The notes under the pieces: generated by a model
Databases searched by the model: none
The model's input: only the letters and a program-made list of their open reading frames with translations
Told to the model about the DNA's origin: nothing
Shown here: piece after piece, positions 44,918-53,262 of the stretch
Layout of the letters: the number at the start of each line of letters is the position of its first letter
How positions within the stretch are numbered: the stretch's first letter is position 1
Virus record (IMG/VR): IMGVR_UViG_3300048582_000146
Span: 1 to 53,262 of that record
Direction: 5' to 3' (one strand)
DNA length: 53,262 bases
From: a virus
Taxonomy: Duplodnaviria > Caudoviricetes
Made by a program: the position numbers and the translations under genes

Positions 44918-47137
44918 ATGAATACAATAGACACAGGTTATAAGGAGCGAGTAAAATACATCATTTCATGTGAAGGATTGGGTTCAATGGAAATTGTGGA
45001 CCCGATAGGATGGAATGATGATCAGAAAGAATATGCACGTAATGAAAAGTACCACGGCATCATAGCGAAGTTCTCAAACAACTTGACTTTTATCGAAAAT
45101 GGTGCAGACTTCATCACAACTGCTTTTGCATTGTATGATATCAAAGCTAAGGTACGATTGGAAAAATACATCATGCATCCAAAAACAGACCTTTGGGAAC
45201 GAGAGTATTGGGGCTTCTTGGATATGTCAACCAAAGAAAGTGAAGGCAAGGAAATAAAAATAAAATTCAATTCAGGTGGATTAGAGCAAGATTTAAAAGT
45301 TAGAGAAGATGATTCTTTTGAAGTTGAGAGAGAAACTACAGCTAGCGGAACAGCACTTGAGCCATTGGTTCCAAGTGTGGTTGATATCGATGGAAGAAGA
45401 ATATTTTTAAAATCAAAATGGGATGCTGATGAAATAAACAACAGCATTACTTTAAGCGTGTTTTCAGACGACGGTAACACTCGGAATATTACAAAGCCAT
45501 TTCCTTTAATGAACATTGTTTCTTCACACGAACAGGCTCAAAGTAACTTAGTAAATGCTGAAGGTACTGAAAATATATCCACCGGCGGAATGATGATTTT
45601 CAACGTTGCCGACAGAACCAGAGTATTGAAGTTTAAAGGTGAAGGCATCAAGTTTAAACCGGTTGTAACTAGATGGGATTATGATTGGGCTTTTGCCAAA
45701 CTATGCCTCACTGTTTACGAAAATGGTGTTGATTATAATCTGAAAAACAGAATAGATTTGTTTGATTCTGATGATAACAGTCGAATTGATGGCATTCACA
45801 ACGCATTACAAACACTAAACTTTGAGCAAGAAATTACTGTCGAACAGGGTGATTCAGTTGCATTAGAATTTTATATAAAAGCTGATTTAAAAAACTTTGT
45901 AGGTGCAGGAGCTCGCTTCACAGTTAACTTTCAAGAAATAGCCGGAAAAGTATTTTTGGAAGAAGATAGCGTTTACCCGGCCACAACATCAAAGTTCATA
46001 TTGGTTCATGAATTATTGGACCGGTATTTAAAAATATGCACCAATAAATCAAACATCTTTAAGTCCAATTTTTATGGCAGAACTGATTTAGGTTATCCTT
46101 CAAATGGTTACGGAGCTTATCTTGGAGTTACGCACGGCTTTTGGATTCGTGGATTTGAAAAAGATGAAGAAGAAATTGAGAATTCAGAAAACAAATACAA
46201 GCCTTTGACAACTTCATTCAAAGACATCATCGAATCATTGATAGCGGTTCACAATGTTGGTATTGGAATAGAAACGATCGGAAATAAAGAAACTGTTAGG
46301 GTGGAGGACTTAAAGTATTTTTATCAACCAAAAGTTACTATTAAGCTTCCAAATCAGGTGCAAAAGGTAAAGAGAACTATTTTGTCAAAGAAGTATTTTT
46401 CTTCAATTGAGATTGGTTACAGTAAAGGAGGTGACTATCAAGAAGCGTTTGGACTTGATGAACCCAATGGAAAAACAACCCTTACTACAATCATGGATAC
46501 CGTGAAAGAGTTTTATACTGCTTTATCAAAAATTAGATCCGACGGTTACGGAATTGAATTCACAAGAAGAAAGCCTTACATTGAGTTTTCAACAGAAGAT
46601 ACTCCTTCAGATGAAGATTTATTCTTTTTAGATACAAAGCCCGGATTTACAAACTTTGTTTTAAGAAAATATGCGGATGATTTTGAGCAAATACCTACAG
46701 GTATCTTTTCTCCTGAAACAGCTTTTAATTTACGATTGTCTCCGATCAATAATTTGTTACGTCACGGTTGGTTCATTGGTTGCTGCTTGACTAAATATCC
46801 TTATGAATACATTCGTTACGGTTCATCAACAGCCAATAGTAAATTGAGAACTAAGCTTGTGGGAAAACCTGAGTATGCCGAAAATGACAATATTTTAAAT
46901 AGTGATTTGCAACGGCCACGTTTCTTAACTGAAGAAATTGAGTTTGAACACAATGTAGATTTTGAAATCATGCAATTGGTTGAAGGATTTACAACAGATG
47001 AAAACGGTGACAAAATACCTAATCTCTACGGATTGATTGAGTTTGTAAATGAAGATAACCAAATTGAAAGAGGTTATTTTATGAACTTGAAACCAAATAA
47101 AGAAGGCAACTGGAAATTAATTAAAGCTAATATTTAA
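44918..47137 (+). CDS. Tail tip/baseplate protein
   Basis: Follows the tape measure gene; DPIGW motif. Confidence 0.65.
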   Translation: MNTIDTGYKERVKYIISCEGLGSMEIVDPIGWNDDQKEYARNEKYHGIIAKFSNNLTFIENGADFITTAFALYDIKAKVRLEKYIMHPKTDLWEREYWGFLDMSTKESEGKEIKIKFNSGGLEQDLKVREDDSFEVERETTASGTALEPLVPSVVDIDGRRIFLKSKWDADEINNSITLSVFSDDGNTRNITKPFPLMNIVSSHEQAQSNLVNAEGTENISTGGMMIFNVADRTRVLKFKGEGIKFKPVVTRWDYDWAFAKLCLTVYENGVDYNLKNRIDLFDSDDNSRIDGIHNALQTLNFEQEITVEQGDSVALEFYIKADLKNFVGAGARFTVNFQEIAGKVFLEEDSVYPATTSKFILVHELLDRYLKICTNKSNIFKSNFYGRTDLGYPSNGYGAYLGVTHGFWIRGFEKDEEEIENSENKYKPLTTSFKDIIESLIAVHNVGIGIETIGNKETVRVEDLKYFYQPKVTIKLPNQVQKVKRTILSKKYFSSIEIGYSKGGDYQEAFGLDEPNGKTTLTTIMDTVKEFYTALSKIRSDGYGIEFTRRKPYIEFSTEDTPSDEDLFFLDTKPGFTNFVLRKYADDFEQIPTGIFSPETAFNLRLSPINNLLRHGWFIGCCLTKYPYEYIRYGSSTANSKLRTKLVGKPEYAENDNILNSDLQRPRFLTEEIEFEHNVDFEIMQLVEGFTTDENGDKIPNLYGLIEFVNEDNQIERGYFMNLKPNKEGNWKLIKANI

Positions 47138-47141
47138 AACT

Positions 47142-49142
47142 ATGTTTAGTAAAATAACAATCACATTTAACGAGGAGTTTACTGTTGGTAAAACCTTGAC
47201 TATCGATGCTTCAAACGGAGGTTTAGATACTATTATGCTATCAAATTTTGTAACTTTAAGAATAGGACTTTATCAAGTTACGAGCAACATTAGAATTTTA
47301 GAAGACGAGGACTATGTTGTAGGAGCGAGTACTGCACAAAATTTCAGAACTGCTTTTTTATTGGATTATCCGGGATTATATTCTGTTGTAAGAACAGCAA
47401 ATGTTCTAGTTATCGAGGCTTTAATTGATTCAATAATTTTCAATAGCGGAAGCTCAACCGGTGATGCTGATTTTGTGATAGAGAACTTTGCCTCTGATCC
47501 TTTCACGCTAACTTCAATCACAACTTCTACAGCATCATTAAATCCATGTGCTAATGTAAAAGTATCGATTCTTTTTTCAGAAGCTCCAACAAAGGTAACT
47601 TTACCTTTTCTCATAAATGACAATGAAGATAACCCAGTTGAGTTTGACTGGCCAAGAGGTACAACATTTAATTTAGATGCTGAATTAACACCCGAACAAA
47701 AGGTGATTCGTTCAAATGTCCGAGTACCTCCATTATTAAATTCTGAGGGTGAAATTTCAATTATTCAAACACCAAACGGAGGAACTTTATCTGCAGCTAT
47801 TTTAAATTCAACAATTTTAGTTGTTGAGTTTTCTTTAGATGGCATAAATTGGCAATCATCAAACGTGTTTTCAGGATTAGAAGCCGGAGAATATACTTTA
47901 CGCATTCGCGACCAGTTTGGATGCGTGAAACAACGTACAAACATAATTGTAACCGAGGTTGGAGAATTAAATGGCAATCAACCATTTTTCTATATCAGCA
48001 AATCAAATTCAATAAGATATGCTAATCGAATTATTTTTGGAGAATCAGCCAATTATAAGAACGATGAAAACACATTAAGCTGTGAGGCTGATGTTGAGGT
48101 TCCTTACATGGAAATACAACCCTTTCAATCAGCTGACGTGGTAACTACACAATTCAAATCGAATTATTCAGAGAATTTGGCAAATGTAGTTCTTGCCAAT
48201 GGTTCTGAGGTTTCAATTCCGGTAATTCAAAAGACCTCCAACATTGGATTAAAAGACAAACGCGATGCACGAAAATTCAATTTAGGAGGTGGAAAAATAG
48301 GAATTTATTTCACTTCAGGAAATAAGTACAATTACGACACCAATGCAGTAGAATCAACCTATGAATTGAATGGAAGATTACCGGCGTTTGCGAAGGCAGG
48401 AAATTACATTTTCTTTGATTTGAATTGGTATTTAATTAGCGGTGTTTTGTATGTAGAAGAAAAAAACGCCGATGTAATTGAAGTGATTGGTGTTTATGAA
48501 GGTTCAGATGTGGCCACTATTGTAAGTTGTGTTTACAACCTTTTCAACTACGAAGTGTATGAATTTGCCATCGATATGGTAGATTATTTGAACGAGCAAA
48601 TTAGAGTTCGAATTAATGCGAATGATACAGTTTTCCAAGATTTAGTTTTCCTTTCGGAAAGGATAGAAATAAAAGTTAGACATGAAAAGACAGTTGAGGT
48701 GTTGTATTACAACGAAGAAAACACAGATATTTTCTATCAGACAGGCATCCGCAATAAAATTAGAATGTTTTTAAACCGTAAAAATTCAATTGTAGAGGCC
48801 GAAAACGAACTGCATAAAATGGACAATAGCACCATAGTTTTAAGCGGAAAACAAATTGAGGGCGATGAGTTTGAATTTGAGCCCGTATCAAAAGAAATCA
48901 TGCGAAAGCTTTGTCAGGCATTGGCTCATAAGTTTTTGTTTATAGATGGGCAGCAATATGTTTTAGATGGCTCTCCGGATGTTGAAGGTCCGATTGAACG
49001 CTCAAACCTACACGTTGTAAAAGCCAAGCTATTAAAATCAGGCGAACCATTCAGAAACAATGGAAACGAATTTGGATTTGATACAACCAATATTGATATT
49101 CCGGGATTAATTGAAACGGAAGATGGATTTGTGAAGTACTAA
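47142..49142 (+). CDS. Tail protein with Ig-like module
   Basis: EFSLDGINWQSSNVFSGL.AGEYT..IRD..GC module. Confidence 0.65.
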   Translation: MFSKITITFNEEFTVGKTLTIDASNGGLDTIMLSNFVTLRIGLYQVTSNIRILEDEDYVVGASTAQNFRTAFLLDYPGLYSVVRTANVLVIEALIDSIIFNSGSSTGDADFVIENFASDPFTLTSITTSTASLNPCANVKVSILFSEAPTKVTLPFLINDNEDNPVEFDWPRGTTFNLDAELTPEQKVIRSNVRVPPLLNSEGEISIIQTPNGGTLSAAILNSTILVVEFSLDGINWQSSNVFSGLEAGEYTLRIRDQFGCVKQRTNIIVTEVGELNGNQPFFYISKSNSIRYANRIIFGESANYKNDENTLSCEADVEVPYMEIQPFQSADVVTTQFKSNYSENLANVVLANGSEVSIPVIQKTSNIGLKDKRDARKFNLGGGKIGIYFTSGNKYNYDTNAVESTYELNGRLPAFAKAGNYIFFDLNWYLISGVLYVEEKNADVIEVIGVYEGSDVATIVSCVYNLFNYEVYEFAIDMVDYLNEQIRVRINANDTVFQDLVFLSERIEIKVRHEKTVEVLYYNEENTDIFYQTGIRNKIRMFLNRKNSIVEAENELHKMDNSTIVLSGKQIEGDEFEFEPVSKEIMRKLCQALAHKFLFIDGQQYVLDGSPDVEGPIERSNLHVVKAKLLKSGEPFRNNGNEFGFDTTNIDIPGLIETEDGFVKY

Positions 49143-49170
49143 TTCTTATTAAGGCGAATTCGCCACAATT

Positions 49171-49198
49171 AAAAAGCCTCTAAATAGAGGCTTTTTTT
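49171..49198. terminator. Bidirectional terminator
   Basis: AAAAAGCCTCT/AGAGGCTTTTTTT. Confidence 0.8.
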
Positions 49199-49259
49199 AA
49201 ACGTACTGCGTAAGCTCGCCTTTATTTCACGTGATTAGCTGACCACGTGCGGACGTTTT

Positions 49260-49436
49260 TTATTGTATGGATACATTTTTTGTGGTTGGAATAGCAATAA
49301 TCATTTCCTTTTGAAGTTCCAATTCTCGTATTTTTTTTATAGAATCAAAGTAGTTTTCAAGAGTTATATTTTGCACCACTTCTTTTTGAGATTCAAATAC
49401 TTTTTTGGCTCTTGATAATTTTTCCTCTATTCTCAC
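49260..49436 (-). CDS. 58-aa hypothetical protein (not in ORF track)
   Basis: GTG start overlaps the TGA of the upstream minus-strand gene; MRIEEKLSRAKK...NVSIQ. Confidence 0.5.
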   Translation of the reverse strand: MRIEEKLSRAKKVFESQKEVVQNITLENYFDSIKKIRELELQKEMIIAIPTTKNVSIQ

Positions 49437-49621
49437 TTCTTCAAGTTTTTAAATTCCTCGCCATTCACATGAACGCTTCTATTGTCATAATGATGATGAT
49501 GCACGCTTTTATCTACAAAAGTATTACTGTCATTGTGTTTAGGGAATAAAGCATTTCCAATCGCTTTAAATAGCAACCAGCAACCTCCAACGCAAACAAC
49601 AAAGAGAATGAATATCAACAT
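49433..49621 (-). CDS. Small single-TM protein with His cluster (moron)
   Basis: N-terminal TM, VHHHHYDNRSVH; own -7 element TAAATTTG at 49633-49626. Confidence 0.7.
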   Translation of the reverse strand: MLIFILFVVCVGGCWLLFKAIGNALFPKHNDSNTFVDKSVHHHHYDNRSVHVNGEEFKNLKK

Positions 49622-49651
49622 GATGCAAATTTATAAAATATTACATTAGAA

Positions 49652-49693
49652 TTATTTAGAATGATTCTAAATAACAAATTATTACTACATTTG
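49652..49693 (+). promoter_or_regulatory. Receptor-binding/lysis operon promoter with a perfect Fur-box-like palindrome
   Basis: TTATTTAGAATGATTCTAAATAA; TACATTTG at 49686. Confidence 0.75.
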
Positions 49694-49715
49694 TCATAAT
49701 CAAAAAGGCAATGCA

Positions 49716-50306
49716 ATGCTACAGCAAATACTTCAATATCTCTCAGCAATAAACATAAAGCTTAATTCATGGGAAACTAATGCAAAAAAAACAGAAGAAC
49801 TTCCTGCGTTACCGGAGATAGATGCTGAAGGTTTACTGCGTGTTTCTGTTGGAGGCGAATCAAAAAAGATGCCGTTAAGCATGATTTTAAGTGCTATTCC
49901 TGATGGTGGTTCAGGAGAATCTGCTCAAAGAAATCAAAACAACATCACTTTTACAAATGTCAATGGAGACTTTTTTGGAACTGCTGCAGCTCCAAGAACA
50001 GGAGCTTTGACAATAGATACAACGGGAGCTGTTTTAGGTGGTAATGCTTGTGTTTTTTATAACAATGCAACTTTAAATGTTACTCCAACACCTGATTTGA
50101 TTGTTGGAAATTTCGCTCCCGATGAATTAAATGCAATTTTTATTTTAAGGTCTGGAGGCGGTTTTTTAATCGCTAACATTATAAATTCAGGTTCTACTCC
50201 GGGCACACCATCGGCAACGGCTCCAACAATCACAGTAACCGACCCAATATTTAACCCTAATGCACCAGCGGCAACAGCACCAACTATCACAGTAACAAAC
50301 CCATAA
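49716..50306 (+). CDS. Putative tail fibre adaptor
   Basis: AKKTEELPAL N-terminal anchor-like motif; ATAPTITVT.P x2 at the C-terminus. Confidence 0.55.
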   Translation: MLQQILQYLSAINIKLNSWETNAKKTEELPALPEIDAEGLLRVSVGGESKKMPLSMILSAIPDGGSGESAQRNQNNITFTNVNGDFFGTAAAPRTGALTIDTTGAVLGGNACVFYNNATLNVTPTPDLIVGNFAPDELNAIFILRSGGGFLIANIINSGSTPGTPSATAPTITVTDPIFNPNAPAATAPTITVTNP

Positions 50307-50317
50307 ATTAATATAAA

Positions 50318-51847
50318 ATGGCCACAGTAAAAAAAGTAACAGTAACAGCTGCTAGTGTAGTAACAAACGATACGCTTGCAGGATATAATATTTATTCAAA
50401 TATTGATGGAAAACTCAACACATCAGTAGTTGCACCCGCAACAGCAAACGCAGGAGTTGATTATTCACTGACTGATGGTGTAATTCACAACATCACTGCA
50501 AAACCAGTGGGAACTGTAAACGGCGAGTTTACAGCAGTTGCAAGTTCGGCAGTATCAGTTGACTTAACGGGTGCTGGTGCTCCTGTTGTAACCTTTGGCG
50601 AGGTTGGAACTATTAATGCGACTACTGTTGTTTTAACAGCAAACGAAAATTTGGAAGTGATAAACGTTGCAGGAGCAAACGGATTCACAATTGATAACAC
50701 AGCTGAAGGAACTGCAATTACAGTTACCAATGTTCAAGTGCAATTATCAGATCCTACAAAAATACTTTTAACAGTAACAGCAGGCTTGAAAGATTCCTCT
50801 TTCGGAATAATTTCAGTTGACTACATAGGTACAGTAATTGAAGGTACTGACGGAAATCCGTTGGCTGCAATATCTAATTTAACGTTAGTGAATAACATTC
50901 CGGCAGCAGCAATAGAATTATTTGATTTTGTCAATGCGGCTTCGGCTCCAAATGAAGTAAATTCAAACTCTGGATTTTCGGTATCTACTTTAGTTCATAC
51001 TGAAATTATAGGAAGCCCTACTGTCACGCCACAGCATGGAGCAAGATTTTTAGAAGTGAAATCTACCAATACCGGAATTGGTGGTGGTGATTTCTTGTCA
51101 TTAGCACCCAACTTACTTGCCGCTATTCCGTTGGCGGGGGACCTATATACTTTGAGTTGTAAATATTTCATTCCAACATCTAACACGGATACTGGTCAAA
51201 AAATAGTAGGCAACACGGGAACAAAAGGCACAAGCACAATGGTTGATTTTGATTTGACTTTGTCAGGGGCAAAAGGAGCTTGGCACACTGCTTCTTTGGC
51301 TAATTTACGTATAAGTGCTAAAAACGTTCCTATTTATATGGCTTTTAGAGGTGGAAATTCAGCCACAGCTAATCAGCCTGTTTATTACGATGAAATTAAA
51401 TTAACTAAAACGCATCAAGCTTCTTCATTATTCAATACCTATTCTGCAACAGAAGCCGGTGGAAAAGACAGGGTTGGCACAATTTCTTATACATGGGCTG
51501 GTGGTATTGGTGTTTTAACGGCAATAACAGATTCAAACGGACCCGGTGGAGTTCCGGGTGAAACTTATCTTGAATGGTTAGATACAGGTGCAGCTTTCAA
51601 TCAAGGTAGAACTTTAAGTTTAGGATCGGGAACTCGATTAATTAAATGTAAAATCAAAATAACTGGTGGTGGTGCTTTTAGGTTAGCTGGTGGTGTTATT
51701 CTTTTAGCTGCTGATTATGCCACTTGGCAAGATGTTGAGTTTGTAAGTACTAGTGGATTTGCATTTACAACTCGTCAGGCAGCTAATGGTTCAAAATTGT
51801 TTATATCAGATATCGAAATGGGAACTGTAATAGACACAGCTTTATAA
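50318..51847 (+). CDS. Putative adhesin/receptor-binding protein (FN3-like, SwmB-like and carbohydrate-binding-like domains)
   Basis: GYNIY FN3-like; TVVLTANENL...D.NPLA SwmB-like; G.W....YYDEIKL jelly-roll. Confidence 0.6.
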   Translation: MATVKKVTVTAASVVTNDTLAGYNIYSNIDGKLNTSVVAPATANAGVDYSLTDGVIHNITAKPVGTVNGEFTAVASSAVSVDLTGAGAPVVTFGEVGTINATTVVLTANENLEVINVAGANGFTIDNTAEGTAITVTNVQVQLSDPTKILLTVTAGLKDSSFGIISVDYIGTVIEGTDGNPLAAISNLTLVNNIPAAAIELFDFVNAASAPNEVNSNSGFSVSTLVHTEIIGSPTVTPQHGARFLEVKSTNTGIGGGDFLSLAPNLLAAIPLAGDLYTLSCKYFIPTSNTDTGQKIVGNTGTKGTSTMVDFDLTLSGAKGAWHTASLANLRISAKNVPIYMAFRGGNSATANQPVYYDEIKLTKTHQASSLFNTYSATEAGGKDRVGTISYTWAGGIGVLTAITDSNGPGGVPGETYLEWLDTGAAFNQGRTLSLGSGTRLIKCKIKITGGGAFRLAGGVILLAADYATWQDVEFVSTSGFAFTTRQAANGSKLFISDIEMGTVIDTAL

Positions 51848-51848
51848 T

Positions 51849-53262
51849 ATGCGATTATTTATATCTTCATTAGGAAACAGCAATGGCACTGTGGTTCCTC
51901 CGCCTTTAGAAGCGGAGGCAACTGCACCTACTATTGAAGTTGTTAATCCTACTGAAAATATTCTTGGATGTATGAATCCACTAGCGATAAACTACAATCC
52001 GTTTGCTACTGTTAGTGACGGAAGTTGTGTTTTTGAAGAAGCGACTATTGAAGAAAATGAAGTTACTTTCATTGCTTTAATAGGTCATTCGCAAATTTCC
52101 GGCAAAGGATTTACGAATGCTCCCGGAAGCCCTACCGGTGATTATTTGCAAGAAACAGATAAGATTATAAATAATATGCAATTTGCCAACGGAACAGCTC
52201 CGTTTCAATTATACAACCCTACAACATTAGGAGTTGATCATGGACGTGAGGCATATTTGAACGCTTATTGGAAAGATTATTTAGACGATTCAAATGGTGA
52301 GCCATTGTATGCTGCAAAAACAATAGTTGTAGGAGCAGCTCCTCATTCAAAATTTATGATTGGTGGGCGTTATTGGGAAAACAGTTGGAATAATCAAATC
52401 AGACCTAAAATTAATCAATTAGTAAGTTTAGGTAAGAGAGTTTCTATTCATTTTATTTTTGACATGTGGACAGATTTAGATATATACAGCTCGGGGGCGG
52501 GTGTATATGATATAGATCATTCTCATTGGTGTGTTGCTAGGGCGTTAGGAATTAAGGAAATTAATGCAAATATAACAAGTGGTGAAAACAATGCGAATTG
52601 GAAACTGCAAATGAATAAATCATTTAACGACTATGTTGAAGCAGATACAATTCGCAGAAGCATTTCGGACGGCGTAGATGCGGCAACTGTTGATGGAGTT
52701 CACTGGAGTGCAAATTCTTTAAAAATGCACGCATTAAATCATTTAGCAGCAATAGAATTCCAACCAAAAATGAAAATCAATTGGACGGTTCCAACGATTT
52801 CAGGTTTGACAATGGCTTTTAAGCAGACAAACAATCAAAGAGGCTTGGGTTTTTCAGTTGAATGGGATGTGCCTTGCGAATGTCGTGTGTTTACCGATAC
52901 TGAATTATTATACGAAAAAGAAATTTCAATATTCTCAATCGACATCAGATTGATGCGATACGGCTTTGTAACCTTAATTGGTGACTTAACCGGAATGACC
53001 CGATTTGTTGCTCCTTATACTGGAACTTGTGTGGAGTTTGAATTGGTTGACAAGTTTGTTAGCACTTTGAATTTTATTGATTTACGTGGTAATGCTCTGA
53101 TTGCCGGAAATCCCGCTTTCATTGTGAGTTATTCAAACGATTACAACGTAATGAAATTGGCACAGGGATCAGTTTCAAACGGCACACTAAAAATAGCCGG
53201 AAGCGTGAATGGCTTAACAGCAGCTTCTGCTTCATATTATGCAACTTTAATTTCAAGAGGTT
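51849..53262 (+). CDS. 479-aa origin-spanning protein with SGNH/SASA-like acetylesterase domain (continues at 128-153)
   Basis: Open from ATG 51849 to the window end; GCMNPLAINYNPFATVSDGSC, IALIGHSQISG, DGVHW. Confidence 0.8.
   Translation, partial: MRLFISSLGNSNGTVVPPPLEAEATAPTIEVVNPTENILGCMNPLAINYNPFATVSDGSCVFEEATIEENEVTFIALIGHSQISGKGFTNAPGSPTGDYLQETDKIINNMQFANGTAPFQLYNPTTLGVDHGREAYLNAYWKDYLDDSNGEPLYAAKTIVVGAAPHSKFMIGGRYWENSWNNQIRPKINQLVSLGKRVSIHFIFDMWTDLDIYSSGAGVYDIDHSHWCVARALGIKEINANITSGENNANWKLQMNKSFNDYVEADTIRRSISDGVDAATVDGVHWSANSLKMHALNHLAAIEFQPKMKINWTVPTISGLTMAFKQTNNQRGLGFSVEWDVPCECRVFTDTELLYEKEISIFSIDIRLMRYGFVTLIGDLTGMTRFVAPYTGTCVEFELVDKFVSTLNFIDLRGNALIAGNPAFIVSYSNDYNVMKLAQGSVSNGTLKIAGSVNGLTAASASYYATLISRG
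53136..53262 (+). repeat. 127-bp terminal direct repeat, right copy
   Basis: Identical to 1-127. Confidence 0.97.

Larger units (their letters stand above)
1..53262. mobile_element. Complete temperate tailed phage genome (circular form), Bacteroidota/Flavobacteriaceae host
   Basis: Lysis, integration, immunity, replication, packaging, head and tail modules are all present; exact terminal redundancy; no flanking host DNA. Confidence 0.96.

Noticed and set aside
1071-51186. Many 60-160 aa ORFs antisense to or nested in long genes (e.g. 14148-14516, 31991-32335, 45022-45516)
   Set aside because: Shadow ORFs of well-supported genes, with no motifs or expression signals
1-53262. Diversity-generating retroelement, CRISPR mini-array or invertible tail-fibre cassette
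   Set aside because: No reverse transcriptase, repeat-spacer array, second recombinase or TR/VR pair was seen by eye

Overview
The window is a complete, circularly permuted temperate siphovirus-type phage genome of about 53,135 bp. Bases 1-127 repeat exactly at 53136-53262. The host is a member of Bacteroidota, most likely Flavobacterium-like, judging by TAnnTTTG promoters, A-rich leaders without Shine-Dalgarno sites and a host-like dnaN. Module order: lysis genes split by a 4-gene virion cassette (0.2-6.1 kb); tyrosine integrase and an intact attP matching a tRNA-Ser 3' end; a leftward CI/lipoprotein/HTH lysogeny operon; a long early operon (Rad50-like ATPase, RecT, MBL nuclease, SNF2 helicase, replication initiator, PcfK/AcrIIA9-like, PcfJ, DnaN, ASCH, ParB-like); an internally deleted ParB-methyltransferase; then terminase, portal, capsid, tail and receptor-binding genes, one of which spans the origin and is missing from the ORF track. 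The most unusual features are non-coding. (i) Two clusters of structured RNAs lead the early and late operons, one containing a tRNA body whose anticodon arm is replaced by a 58-nt structured insert. (ii) Fur-box-like palindromes sit at the genetic switch, the capsid promoter and the receptor-binding-protein promoter. (iii) A second tandem operator is shared by three promoters. (iv) A conserved motif precedes four start codons. All RNA folds were worked out by eye, and protein family calls come from motif recognition rather than database searches.
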